Shown here: one piece after another, positions 1 through 11,555 of the stretch
How the letters are laid out: every line of letters begins with the position of its first letter
How positions within the stretch are numbered: the stretch's first letter is position 1
From: Vitrella brassicaformis CCMP3155
Lineage: Eukaryota; Protista; Chromerida
Assembly: GCA_001179505.1 (NCBI GenBank)
Contig: CDMY01000496.1
Location: forward strand, 1 to 64,000
Reading direction: 5' to 3'
DNA: 64,000 bases
The notes under the pieces: generated by a model
The model's database searches: none
Told to the model about the DNA's origin: nothing
What the model saw: the letters and a program-made list of their open reading frames with translations, nothing else
Program-made: the position numbers and the translations under genes

Positions 1-790
1 AGCTGACGTATGTAGTGATAACGCACGTCAATGTGTTTCGTTCTGTGACTGACTATCGGATTCTGTGCGCTCAGGATAGCTCCCCTATTATCAGCCATAA
101 GATATGCACTCCCAAACCGAACACCAAAAAGAGGTATGCCACGCAAAAATGACGCCAGATATACGAGGGCAGTGGCACATTCACTCATCTGTACGTATTC
201 AGCCTCCGTTGACGAAAGCGTCACCAGTGGCTGAGTCTTCGCACTCCAATACACAGGTCCACCACACACAAACACCACATGACCACCACTAGACTTGCGA
301 CCCACACAATCAGCCCAAGACGAGTCAGAGAAGGCAGTCAGATCAATCCGACCTTCCTTGCCTGGCTCAGCCTTGAACTCGATCCCCTTGTCTTTTGTCC
401 CACTCAGATAGCGAAGAACCCTCTTTGTTGCCTGCCAATGCCCAAAACCGGGCTCATGAGCATATCGTGCAAGCTCCTTGACCACATAGGCGATGTCCGG
501 GCGGCACGTGACTGAGCAGAACATCAATGCGCCAACGAGTTGCCGATAGGGGACCTTCTTCATCTTCGTCTTCTCTTCGTCCGTCTTCGGTGACATCTCA
601 GAGGTCAGTTGAATACCGGACGCACAAGGGAAATCCACTGGGTTCGCATTCTCCATGCTGAATCTCTTGAGCGTCTTGTCGATGTACTGTGGCTGTGTGA
701 TTTGCAGGGTCCTTTCTTGACGATCGCGGACGATCTTAAGGCCGAGAAAGACGTCAACCTCGCCCAGGTCCTTTCGGCTGCCGAACGACA
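1..790 (-). mobile_element. Ty1/copia LTR retrotransposon pol fragment (C-terminal RT plus RNase H), 5'-truncated, running off the window start
   Basis: Manual minus-strand translation is stop-free: KDLGEVDVFLGLKIVRDR...PYRQLVGALMF...RPDIAYVV...HWQATKRVLRYL...AFSDSSWAD...RKSSGG...VTLSSTEAEY...ADNRGAI...RTKHIDVRYHYIRQ. These are classic copia RT/RNase H motifs. It is absent from the ORF track because it has no stop in the window. No YxDD and no LTR are seen upstream. Confidence 0.93.
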
Positions 791-988
791 TGCGAATGGG
801 ATCAAAAGCGAGAGCATGCTGTCTAGTTTTGCTTAACCAAAACAGCTCTCGCATGCGCTGCCTACACGCATCGGAATTCCAGTGGGAAAAAACCCCGGTT
901 ATAAAATTCATATAGGGGATGATCGCAAAGCCGGTAGAGGCCGAATGAGCCCACGCGACAACAAATTCTGCTCGTTGGTCCGTGGTAG

Positions 989-1396
989 GTGCCGAACGGT
1001 TGTCCCACTGGGGTGCCGAGCTCGTTTGGGAGCGTCAACTTCAGAAGCGCGTGCCGACAGCACTTCATCTGCTACTATACCGTTGGTACTACAAGCTGGG
1101 TTGGAAGGAGGGGAAACGTTGGCGGGGAAAAAAACAACAGATGTCTGCTTTGCGTCCCCGTGGCCTTCTTTGCTTCTCTCTGGTCAGGCAACAGTGCCAA
1201 TTACTGCAACAACAGACTCTGTGATGACCTCAACACCGAGTGTGAAATATCCACGTCAAATGGGTTCACGCAGGGCCTCTGTAAGGCCGCCGTCAGGACG
1301 GCGGTTGCAGCGGTCAGGGCCACGGCCGACTTCTACCACAGTCGTGCGCAGCAAAGGCAGAGGGATCATGAGTGTTGCTGCCGAAGCAGCTGCTGA
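989..1396 (+). CDS. Cys-rich secretory phospholipase A2-like protein (group XII-like pattern); 5' exon(s) unresolved
   Basis: After removing the in-frame GT-AG intron 1086-1187: VPNGCPTGVPSSFGSVNFRSACRQHFICYYTVGNSANYCNNRLCDDLNTECE...GLCKAAVRTAVAAVRATADFYH...CCCRSSC*. This fits the NGC...F..AC..H(D).CY.T.G....C...(F)..DL...C pattern. A TAG just before 989 implies a splice acceptor there. Confidence 0.55.
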   Translation: MPNGCPTGVPSSFGSVNFRSACRQHFICYYTVGTTSWVGRRGNVGGEKNNRCLLCVPVAFFASLWSGNSANYCNNRLCDDLNTECEISTSNGFTQGLCKAAVRTAVAAVRATADFYHSRAQQRQRDHECCCRSSC

Positions 1397-2176
1397 CTGC
1401 ACTCGTCTGCCTGTGATGTGTGCGTCACTGTTCTTTGATAAAGATACATGTGTGGTTGTTTGTGTGCTGCGTGTGTATGTGTGTGTGTGTCAAGAGCAGC
1501 CGGCCTGCCTCACTGCACGTTTGTGTGTCTGCACTGCATAGTCGACTGGCGTTTGGTGTGGTGTGTGCTGTGCTTTTCCTGTGTGACACCTTCATGTGAA
1601 TGACACCGGCGGGGAAGGGAACAGGGGCAGAGGAACACCGGGTTCATATCATGAGTGTGGTGTGTGTGCGTGTCGTGTGTGACTCCATGTGAATGACGCC
1701 GGGGGGCCGGTTTTGTTGTTTCTCTCTCTGTGTGTGTGTAGGAGTGTGTGTGTGGCTCGGCAGCCGTCGGTATCCATTAGGGACTCGTGTGGGTGAGTCG
1801 CTTGTCCACCGAGCCCTGACCTGATGTGACCTGACCTGAGTGCTCATTGTCTGAGTTGATGCTCTGATCTGGTTACTTTTTGTTGACAGCAAGTGACTGT
1901 GTGGATGTCGGTGTGTGCCGTGGCGGGACGGGGTGGGGTGGGGGATGAGACGGAATAAGAGACCGACGAGAGGCACATGCGTAAAGTACATCCATCACGT
2001 GACCTGTTGCCACTGACCACCCATCCACGTAAAGTACTCATGTGTGCCACACCATCCATCCATCCATAATGCCTAGCGTCGTGTCGACAGTCGGCCAAAC
2101 GGCGAGGAAATGCCTGTTCCTGTCTGTCTGTCCGTCTGTCTGTCTATCTGCCTCTGTTTTGCATGTTAATATTCCA

Positions 2177-4110
2177 TTATTTGAATAATGACGTGGCCTC
2201 TGCGGCCACTGTCTCGGTGGCCCGCCCCTCCGCCATCATCGTCTTAATCACGTGCTTCTCAATGGTGATGGCGGGAGTGTGCGTCACGTCACTTGCGGCC
2301 ATCGGAGGCAGTGTCTTGGCCATGCTGCATGCACGACATACACAAGACAGCGCACAATACACACAATACACTTACGTCCATGTGTGTGTATGTGAGTGCG
2401 TACCGCTCGGCCATCTTTCCAAATACGTGGTGGCGAATCGCACTTTCGGCTGGCCGGCCCCGCCCGCACCGCATACACTTCCTACCTCTCACTACTCGCT
2501 GTGGTGAGTCTCGTCAGCTAGCAACGCCACAACAGGCAACCTACACCCAACACGCACACACACAGAAACAACACCCAGCCACCCATCCATCCATCCATCC
2601 ATCCGTCCATCTGCTCCCTGCCTCCCTCACTCCCTCTCTGCCACTCTCTCTCTGTTGCGTGCGTCTGTTCGTGCTTCTGATGGCGATGGAGACATGGCGG
2701 TGCATGGTTCTGTTGCCGGGCTGCCAGTCCAACACACGTGCCACCGAGAGAAGGTAGAGCCCCCCTCGTGCCGCTTCGCCTCATCGGGGATCCGCGTCGA
2801 CTTTTCTTGATCGGCCGGATCTGCTTGTCGATGAAGCCATCGCTGACACATAAGACACATGAACCTTTCTGCAGACAGAGAATGGCCTTCTGTGTCCCAA
2901 AGTGCTGTTCTCTTCTCTCTTGTACATCTCCAGGCAGGTCCGAGACGATAGCGAGAAGAGACATGAAGATATAAAATGTAGGCAGTGATATTGGGGGCTC
3001 AGCTATGGCGGGCGGAAGGGCGAGTGGGCGTTCACACACGCGCACACACCTGCGGAGAAATAAACGCACCGATGTGTTCAGCGGTTATGCAGACCATAAG
3101 GACATAAACCGGTGTGCACAAGTTGGCGGGGCGTTACCTGTATGAGTGCATTGGAGTCGGGACTCCTGAGGGAGATGCCATACGTGGCCTTGAACTTGCG
3201 CAGCAGTGACAGAGCCCCCATGTACATGCGACCCCTACACACGCCAACAATACAACAATACGCATGTACGGTTGGGTGGATGGATGGATCATTCGTGCGC
3301 CTTGTGTCACTCACTGACTTGGTGAGTAGTTTGATCATGATGGCTAGTGTGCATCCGGACGGCGTCTCCCTGCTCGTGGTCTGGCGCGGGCGAGGCCGAG
3401 TCGGATGGGTGGGCCTGCGGTGCGACCGTGTGGTCGCCCTCCTCCGCCAAGACATCGGCTGTTGGGGGCGGCAGGGCAATCTCATTGTCGCCACGATCGC
3501 CTCCGGCAGCCGTAGCATCAGCAGCCGGCACGGGCGACACAGCCGCATGCGCCACCACCCTGGCTGCCGTGTGCTGGCCCTTGGTTGTGTGTGTCTGCGG
3601 ATGAGGATAGCGGCGGCCCCCGATGCACTCGTATGTGGCCGATCTTTGCCGATTGAATGCTTGGAGCCCCTCGTACACCTGCCGTGGCGTGAGGCGGTAG
3701 AGGACGGAGCTGCGACGGGCTGAGAATGGCAGCTGGGGAGACGTGCTTGGCGGCAAGGGCTGCGCTGCATCGGAGGGTGACGACACGGCGGACACGCTGT
3801 GACCCATGTTGCTCGTCAATCTCGCCAGCCGAGGAACTGGATAAACATACATGAATACGTGCAGAAAGATAAGGCGGGCGTCTGCCATGTTGTGAGGGTC
3901 CCTTCACTAGCGTACGTACTTGTGTGAGCGTCGCTGTGGTCGATGGCCTCGACAGCTGGGTCGGTTGTCTTGGTGGTCACGTTGGCCGCTTGCGACGCTG
4001 CTGCCGCCTGGGTGGTGTCTAGGGTGGGGGTAGCTGTCGACGACGTGCACTGGTTGTGCCTGGCGTCGTTGGCCGTCTCCCACAGCATCCGCCAGTGTGA
4101 GGTAAGGCTG
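2177..4110 (-). CDS. Multi-exon protein of unknown function, possibly PPR-like helical repeats
   Basis: High-GC3 exons joined by GT-AG splices give TLAIMIKLLTK|GRMYMGALSLLRKFKATYGISLRSPDSNALIQ|VCARV, loosely like a PPR. Other exon-like pieces are VLYRLTPRQVYEGLQAFNRQ and DGFIDKQIRPIKKS. The frames could not be fully reconciled and the ends are uncertain. Confidence 0.35.
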
Positions 4111-5283
4111 GTGCTGAACTGAGTCACGCCCTGAGTGGAGGCCCGTCCGGTGTCTGCATGCAGCCCAGACATACAAAAGACAACACTAGGTTTGGATGTA
4201 TGCATTTCTAATGGCTGACTGACTGACTTACCGAACAGGCAGTGGGTGCGGCCCGGTCCTCGTCACTCTCCTCAGCATGCCCCCGCCAATACGCTGCATA
4301 TCACACACACAAAACAAAACAAACAGGCGATGTATTCGCAAAAAATCACTCATTCATACACGCCTTCGTATCACAGCATCTAACACCTGGCTGTGCTCTC
4401 ATTTGGTCACCTCTACATGCACGAGTGGTCCTCTGCAGATTCCAGTGCGTCCTCAAACAAAACATGAATCGGCCGGGATATAAAATGTACGCAGCGATGA
4501 AAGGCCGCACTGAAAGAGAACAGAAGGGAACATCGACTCTCAGTCCATGTGCATCTCTCTTTCTCTCTTCACCTGTGCACGTAGCATGTCTCCTATTGCA
4601 TGTCTCCTATTGCATCAAGGAAGTCCTCGATGACCCAGACCGCCTCGCCCATGTCGTAGAGCGTCGGGATAAGCCGTGGCAGCCGGATGACAATCGTGTC
4701 TTACTGCTGATGGGAGAAGAAGCGGTCGAATGAGCCTGCCGGCTGAGTGCGGTCGTCAGGGAGCCTCACTCAGGACTCCTTCGCCCTTCACCTCCATGGC
4801 TTGACCCTCGTAATGACAGTCCGCACCACCAGCAGCGTAGAGAGCCTTCCCCCCTCCGCAAAGAGACCAGCGGCAGAGTGTCCGAAGCCCTCCACAGACG
4901 TGGCTCCTCCTCAGACTGGCTGGTCTTGCTGCTGCTGTCTCTGTTGTTGTTTGCTCGTCGGCTAACCACCACAAACCCCCCGTCGACCTGTCGCCCCTGT
5001 CAAGGCAGCTGACCGATAGGCAGGGCCACTAGACTGACTCGCTGCCTGTTCGTTTAAGTAGCGACGCACACACACATGGACCCAACATGAATCAACGATA
5101 TATATGGACTGACTCATCACCTTTGTACTCACTAACCTGATTTGGCCTCTTACATGTATGTCATCCTTCTTGGGCCCCTTTTATGGCCGACTTAAGTAGA
5201 TCGCCCTGGACCCACCGGATGTGTGTTTTACGGACCTACTTCGCTCTCTCACGCACATTCTACCATGTGTCGTTTGAGAGCGA

Positions 5284-6177
5284 GTGGCCGCAATTCGCAC
5301 CGTCCAGAGGGACTGCCAACCCACCAAATCGGTATGCCTAGACCATGGCACACATTTCATGCTTTCACCCGTTTCTGTGTGTTCACTTTTTCCTTGGCAG
5401 TGGGAAGGCACGTTCACGCGGTGCATGTCATCTGACTTGGTGTCGGTACACTCCCTCGAGGTGCACCACACACACACCGTCACTGTCGTTGCCTGCATCT
5501 GTCCAGATCTATCATTCTTGTGTCCGTTCAGTAACTGAGGTTGTTCGTGTCGGTTTTGGACACACCACACGGCGGTACCTGCTGTGGCTGTCTCACAGGA
5601 CAGACCACACACCGCCTGGGTACGCAACACGTCTATCTCACCTCACACACCCACATATCACCCTCTCTCTCTCTCTATGGGTGTGTTGTTGTTCAGCGTG
5701 TCTTGGTTGTCGTGTTTGGGTACCTGTTGTGTCGGTATCACTTCGGTCCGCACACACCCTAACCACGGTACACAACCCACCACATTCTCACTCACCACCA
5801 CGCCTCTGTCTTACGGCTCTGTGGCTCATGTCGCTGTGTTGTGTTGTGTGGTCTTGGTGTAGGTTAGGTTGTGTGATTGTGTGGTTGGCAAACGGTGGAC
5901 TGTGAGCTGTGCTTCACTACCTCCATCCGCCGTTTGACCTGGGTACGCCATGCTCACCACTCTCACCCCCAACACACACACGCGTGGTGCATGCACGTAT
6001 GGACCCTGTCGGTTGGTGTGTGTGTGTGATGTGTTCGTGTGGACCTCAGTGCGTTTTGTATTCGATTCACATCAACCAGCGCGTACACCCCGAGACTCTC
6101 GTGTCACTACCAACGTCGACCAACGTCTCTCCCACGGCATTCACGTCATCCACGCACAGCCCCACCCCCTGTCTTGA
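5284..6177 (+). CDS. Candidate small multi-exon gene, unknown product
   Basis: A series of plus-strand donors (GTATGC, GTGCAC, GTACCT, GTACGC) and CAG acceptors flank short open blocks (WEGTFTRCMSSDLVSVHSLE|IYHSCVRSVTEVVRVGFGHTTRR). No family is recognised. Confidence 0.25.
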
Positions 6178-6265
6178 ATCATGCAGTCACAAATGTACGC
6201 TTCTCCACCACACCATCCACAGCCGCATCTCGTCCCTCCCTGCGATGCACAACGTCCCCCGCCCC

Positions 6266-7760
6266 TCAGTGGGCGTATGTCGATGCGATCAGGGCGTGCA
6301 CTTCGTCGATGAGAGGCTGCAGGCTGATGTTGGCTGGGCGGTCGGCGAGGGAGGGAATGAATTGCAGGCATGAGAGGGCGGTGGACAGGACCCCTTGAGC
6401 GAGACACGGCCTTCAATACAGAATGTACGCAGCCATATGCACAGAGACACAGTGGGAGATGAGCGGACGGATCGATCAGCTTGCTTTGATGCTTACGTTG
6501 GGTCGCGGGCAAAGAGACAAGAGGTCGACAGGATATAAAATGTAGACACCGATTGAAGGCCTGCACACAACACGCCACAGACACCCAAATGGTTACGGGT
6601 GAATGCGTCGGGTATTGGTTGTCTACCTGCCAGGGCATTGGCTTGCCGTAGTTGCGTTGGTACACCGCAAGGGCGGCTGCCGGCTGCAGCTGGTGTTTGC
6701 TGGCCAGATCGTGGCCGTGAAACTCTGCATAGAGAGAAACAGAGATAGCGATTACGCTGTGTATGTTTTGCTTACTTAGCAATTGGACGAGTTGACATGC
6801 GCGTGAAGACGTCCCTGCCACTGTCCCGTCACGGAGGCAGGGCTCCCCACGGCCGCAGGCGCCAGCTGTGCTGCCGCGTAGTGCACATGATGGAAGACGG
6901 GTGGTGATTGCAGCGGCAGCTGGGGTCCGATGAGCGGCACGGCCGGAGGAGGAATTTCCTTACCACCCCGCCCACCGAAGGACTCGATGAAGGTCTTGAT
7001 ACACGGCGGGTAGCAGCCCTTGAATGGGTTCTTTCGCTGAGGCGGGAACATGTGCCGGGGTGGTGGCGATGGGGCTGCCTCTCGGTGCTTGGCGGCCGAC
7101 GTAAGCAGTGGCCTTCGGGGCATTGGCGGGAGGGTCGGCCACGGGGGCATACTCGGCACGGCATTGGGATGAAATGGCGGCGGATGATGATGGACGGGTG
7201 CCGCTCCTGCGTGGACATGAGGTCCACAGTGCCAATTCGGCATCAATGGCGCTTGCGCGACTAGTATGCTCGGCGGCATGCTGTTGTTGTCTCCTCTTCC
7301 TCAGCGGTGACGGGATGGTAGCGAAGGGCGCTGTCACACGTCAAAGAAGCTCTCGTTCGGGGAGCCTGCACCGATCCGCACACACAATCCACACAGGGTG
7401 CAGATAACAACGAGACGACTACACTCTCCTACCGACCCTTCTCCATCTCGACGCTCGGCGGCCACTCACTCGCTGAGCTCTTCCTGTATTCCCCTTGTCC
7501 TTACTGTGGCGTCTCGCTCTTGTCGGCTTGGTCCGTGTCAGACCGGGAAGTGTTGAATGTAGCAGCCTTGGCAAAAACGACACGGCCAACACCAGATTCT
7601 GTGCACAACCAGTACACAGAGAGTGACGGACCAAGTTTGTCATCTGAAGGCAGAAGAAGCAGCAGTCCTCAGATAAGCCTTCCTCTTCATAGCCTCGGAC
7701 AAGTCTGATGGCATCCCAAAGGAGCACTTCTTTCATCATCGTGTGTACCCGGGGCCCGGA
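6266..7760 (-). CDS. Multi-exon Pro-rich protein of unknown function
   Basis: Pro-rich ORF 6776-7279 and a high-GC3 terminal exon VLSTALSCLQFIPSLADRPANISLQPLIDEVHALIASTYAH* (stop at 6266-6268). The start is not resolved. Confidence 0.35.
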
Positions 7761-8650
7761 CATGTACCTCGGGGACGGTCCGAGTGGCTGGAAGGCGGGA
7801 TTCTGGCTGAGTGGGCTAGAGGAGAGGGGGCTGCGTGGGCCTCGGGCAGGTTTCCACCGAAAGGTGAGAAGAAACCAAGGAGCTACCCGGCCAGCAGTGA
7901 GAATGAGAAGGCTCCGTTTGTTGTTAATTTTTCCGAAGGTCTCGAGACTGCCGCGATTCTCGCCGCGCCCACTTCGGCGGCTTTTTCACTCCCGCCGACC
8001 ATATTTGACACGGTTGTGGCGGATCCAGCGCAAGCCAGCCACTGGATAGATGCGGGGTAATAGATGCCAAGCCCGTGCCGCATCTGTCTCGTCTGTCTTT
8101 CCGTCGGAGTGACTGGCTGTTGCTTTTGAGCGGGTCGATTATCCTCACGTCTGGCTGCTTGTGTGTGATCGTACGGTGAAAGCTGTGTGTCCGTCGGGTG
8201 AATAGACTGGGACAGACAGATCCATTGTTGAACCATCGTGTTCACACACATACACACTGGCAGGACCTAAACCCCACCCACACGCTATCCACAGCGACAA
8301 ATGGTGTTACTTACACAGTACGCCAATCCACCACACTACGCCATGCCATATCACGCCACATCAATCTCTCTTTGAGAGCAAACAATATCGACACACACAT
8401 GCACCCGCCCCACTCAGACCAGGTCAATCAGGTCAGACCAGGTACATCTCAGCACATTCAGGGCACTACCCAACACTCAACACTCAACACGCACCACACG
8501 CACTGCACAACAACAAAGGCATGCAAGCATCGAGGTCAGATGAATGGCCCCCCTCGTGTGATTGGCGTGTGCGCCTGGTGGGCATGAATGCAACACCACG
8601 CCACCCCAGCCACACCTCATGCAGCTCTCAAATGCATTACTTGAGATTGC

Positions 8651-8681
<31 letters not shown>

Positions 8682-8961
8682 GAACCACTCTGTGTTAGAC
8701 TGCAAAACCAACAACAGCCACTGTACACTCACTGCATGTACGAGCCACCACTCATGCAGGCAGGCGTCTCCGCCCCCTCTCCTTATTTATTCACACAGGA
8801 CAGTACAGTCACAACGCACAATGCATGAGACACTAGCCGTGGGAAGGAAGGACACACGACACACGACAAACGGCTGTGCAAACTCTGTGAACGCACACGA
8901 CAGTACGACATGTCGTCGTATCTGTGTGGTCAGGGCGCCCCTCCCAGCAATGGAAGGCTAC

Positions 8962-9997
8962 TCACACTTGCGGCCCCTCTGACATTGCGACAGCCTGAAG
9001 GAGTCACACATACAGACATTGACACATGTGTCGATGCGTCAGACGGACAGCGCGTGTTCGTCCACTTACATCATTCGCAGTGTCGTCTGTGTTGGCGTCA
9101 ATACTCTTGTCCACCCAAAGTAGCCGTGCCTGCAGTCCTCCGTTTGTGCTTGCACTCGCCCTAATCGCGATGGTGGCCACAAGGACGATCGCCATGGCGG
9201 CCACCATGACTATCACGGAGGCGGTCACATAATGGTAGTAGTAGAAATGGTCGTCAACGAACTCGTCATCAGGGTCCTCGACGTGGCCGTTGTCATGACG
9301 GTCATCGCCATGGTGCTCGTTGTCATCGCCATGGTGCTCGTTGTGAGGCTCCTCGTGATAATCGTGCTCGTGAGGATGCTCGTGGGGATGGTCATGGTGG
9401 TCCCTCTCCTTGCCTGCACACACCACACAAAGCAGCGCGCACAGTGGGCACATTGCCCCCTCCCTGATCACGTGTATGTGTTAGGCTTACAGATGCCGTG
9501 TTTGTCAAAGGGGCGTGTTCTCATGCAGTAGTGCGAGTGGCAGTCGGTGTGGTCCCGGCACTCATGGCCGTGTCGCTGCAGATCACCAGCCGCCCGGCAC
9601 CCACCGTTCACACAACTGCATGGATCAAGAAAACACATGCAGACACAACCATCAACAAATGCATACCATTGCTCTCCCTCCCGTCCGTTGCTTACTTGTG
9701 TGAGCAGCACTGAGAGTCCCACTTGCACTGTCTGGTCGAATAGTCCGCCAAGCACAACTGTGGCTTCAGGCCACGAAGGCCGCCCGACGACTGCAAAGGC
9801 TCAGCCACCTGCTCATCCCCCAGGACGTCCTCATCTCGCTGCAGCTGGTCACCCACAGTTGTTAGACCATCGTCGGCAGCTCCATCAACAGCAGCAGGAG
9901 GGGCAGTGGTGGTGTGGGCCATGGTGGCTGAGGGCATCCACGCCGCCACCAGCAGAGCGGCGAGGGCCAATAGCTTCAGGCGCGAGAAGAGAGCCAT
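8962..9997 (-). CDS. Type I membrane protein: signal peptide, cystine-knot-like modules, His/Asp-rich stalk, TM helix, short tail
   Basis: MALFSRLKLLALAALLVAAWMPSATMA (signal peptide). Spliced CLADYSTRQCKWDSQCCSHNCVNGGC...ECRDHTDCHSHYCMRTRPFDKHGICKERDHHDHPHEHPHEH...HFYYYHY, then hydrophobic VTASVIVMVAAMAIVLVATIAI. All three introns used have GTAAG donors and phase-consistent acceptors. Confidence 0.75.
9307..9348 (+). repeat. 21-bp tandem repeat (2 copies) encoding NEHHGDD units of the His-rich stalk
   Basis: gccatggtgctcgttgtcatc is followed by gccatggtgctcgttgtgagg. Confidence 0.7.
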
Positions 9998-10193
9998 GAT
10001 GGATGCTGACGGGTTGCAATCGATTAGCAAGCTAGATGCAGCTAGTGCGCGTGATAACGTTCCTGCCGACAGACGTGGCGAAGAGAGTCGACGACGTGGA
10101 AGTCGCTGAGAAGTCGAAGTGCTCTTCAGATGTGATGAAGGTGGGATCTGAAGACCTGGTCTCAAGCCGAGACAAGGAGAGAAAGGGGAGGGG

Positions 10194-10493
10194 NNNNNNN
10201 NNNNNNNNNNNNNNNNNNNNNNNNNNNNNNNNNNNNNNNNNNNNNNNNNNNNNNNNNNNNNNNNNNNNNNNNNNNNNNNNNNNNNNNNNNNNNNNNNNNN
10301 NNNNNNNNNNNNNNNNNNNNNNNNNNNNNNNNNNNNNNNNNNNNNNNNNNNNNNNNNNNNNNNNNNNNNNNNNNNNNNNNNNNNNNNNNNNNNNNNNNNN
10401 NNNNNNNNNNNNNNNNNNNNNNNNNNNNNNNNNNNNNNNNNNNNNNNNNNNNNNNNNNNNNNNNNNNNNNNNNNNNNNNNNNNNNNNNNNNNN
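10194..10493. other. Assembly gap (300 N) with duplicated flanks
   Basis: acctggtctcaagccgagacaaggagagaaaggggaggg occurs on both sides next to a G-run, so the contig ends overlap. Confidence 0.9.
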
Positions 10494-11555
10494 ACCTGGT
10501 CTCAAGCCGAGACAAGGAGAGAAAGGGGAGGGGGGGAGGGGGGAGGGGGGAGAGGGGAGGAGAAAACGGCCATGTAACGGTAGCATGCGAGCTTACATGC
10601 TCAAAGCAGTCACTTTCTGACATCTCCCCAACGTGCCATATTCGCTGCGCGCAACCAGCAGTACTGTGATGAGGGGACTCAGAGGGCTGCGTTGGAAGCC
10701 TGGCTACTCGCGACTTGCGCATCGTAATAAGCTCTCTCGGCGGCCGTGGAAGAAGCGCCTTGCTTTAAAGCATAGTGTTTTTGCTTGGAGAGTGTGAGTT
10801 TGTCGGCTTCAGCTGCGCAGCGTTTCGGGCCTGGTACATAAGTAGTGCAAACACATGTAGAGATGCGAATTGAGATGCGGACAGCCGGTGCATGTGTTTG
10901 CTGTCAATGTGCGTGTTCTTTCAGACTTCAGGTCGGTCTCTCGCACATACTCGGGACGGCGAAGGAGAGGCGGTAGGTGATGAGGCTCTGCTTAAGTTTG
11001 CTTGTACTGTCTGTGTTTGCGTGTGCATGTAGGCAAGGTGTCCACTGAGAGTTAGTTCTGCTCGGGCTATCCCTGGATCCCCAACCCCGCATGGGCAGAT
11101 GCTGGTGATGGTCGGCCAGACATGCGTGTTGGCCGACAGCAGCAGCAGCAGCAGCGATGGGGAGGGGATCATGTGCAGCTTTACGAGATGGGGTGGGGCT
11201 TTCTATCCTTACGGGGAAGGGCCCATGCCGCGTGTCATCGGGTCATGGCGGATTGGCGCGTGTAGGGTTTTTATGTGAGAAGAATGAGTGATCTATGTTC
11301 ATCGTTGGCTCATCGTTGGCTGCCTCTGTACCTGCAGTAGGGGGATTCTTCCGTCTTCTTCGTGTGTGAGAGGACAAAGGATTGGGTTCGATTGCGTCGA
11401 GACGGTGAAAGTCACATCGAGATGGTTGGTTTGCATTATATGGCCAAAGAGGCCATTTGTGTGTCCCATCTCACTGCCCCACACGCTATCAAAACATGAC
11501 TCGCATCGCGTCGCATTACGTGAGTGTCTGTCTCTCTGCCTGCGCGTCCATCGTC

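Noticed and set aside
790-1035. In-frame open extension upstream of the copia ORF
   Set aside because: No RT motifs; it is antisense to the PLA2-like gene and most likely open by chance.
882-1541. 219-aa plus-strand ORF; its KNPGYK resembles the group XII PLA2 GYK motif
   Set aside because: It is a different frame over the PLA2-like exons, and I found no GT donor of the right phase to join GYK to PNGC.
1582-2060. Short direct repeats (catgtgaatgac..ccgg twice; cgtaaagtac twice)
   Set aside because: Two copies each and irregular, with no array or element structure.
4590-4975. Minus-strand high-GC3 block IVIRLPRLIPTLYDMGEAVWVIEDFLDAIGDMQ*
   Set aside because: Preceded by an in-frame stop and not joinable into a consistent model; too weak to call.
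10155-10535. Apparent 40-bp direct repeat around a gap
   Set aside because: Overlapping contig ends at a poly-G run, an assembly artefact.
10620-11500. Short ORFs 10921-11172 and 11288-11578
   Set aside because: No motifs, codon bias or consistent splice pattern; probably intergenic or UTR.
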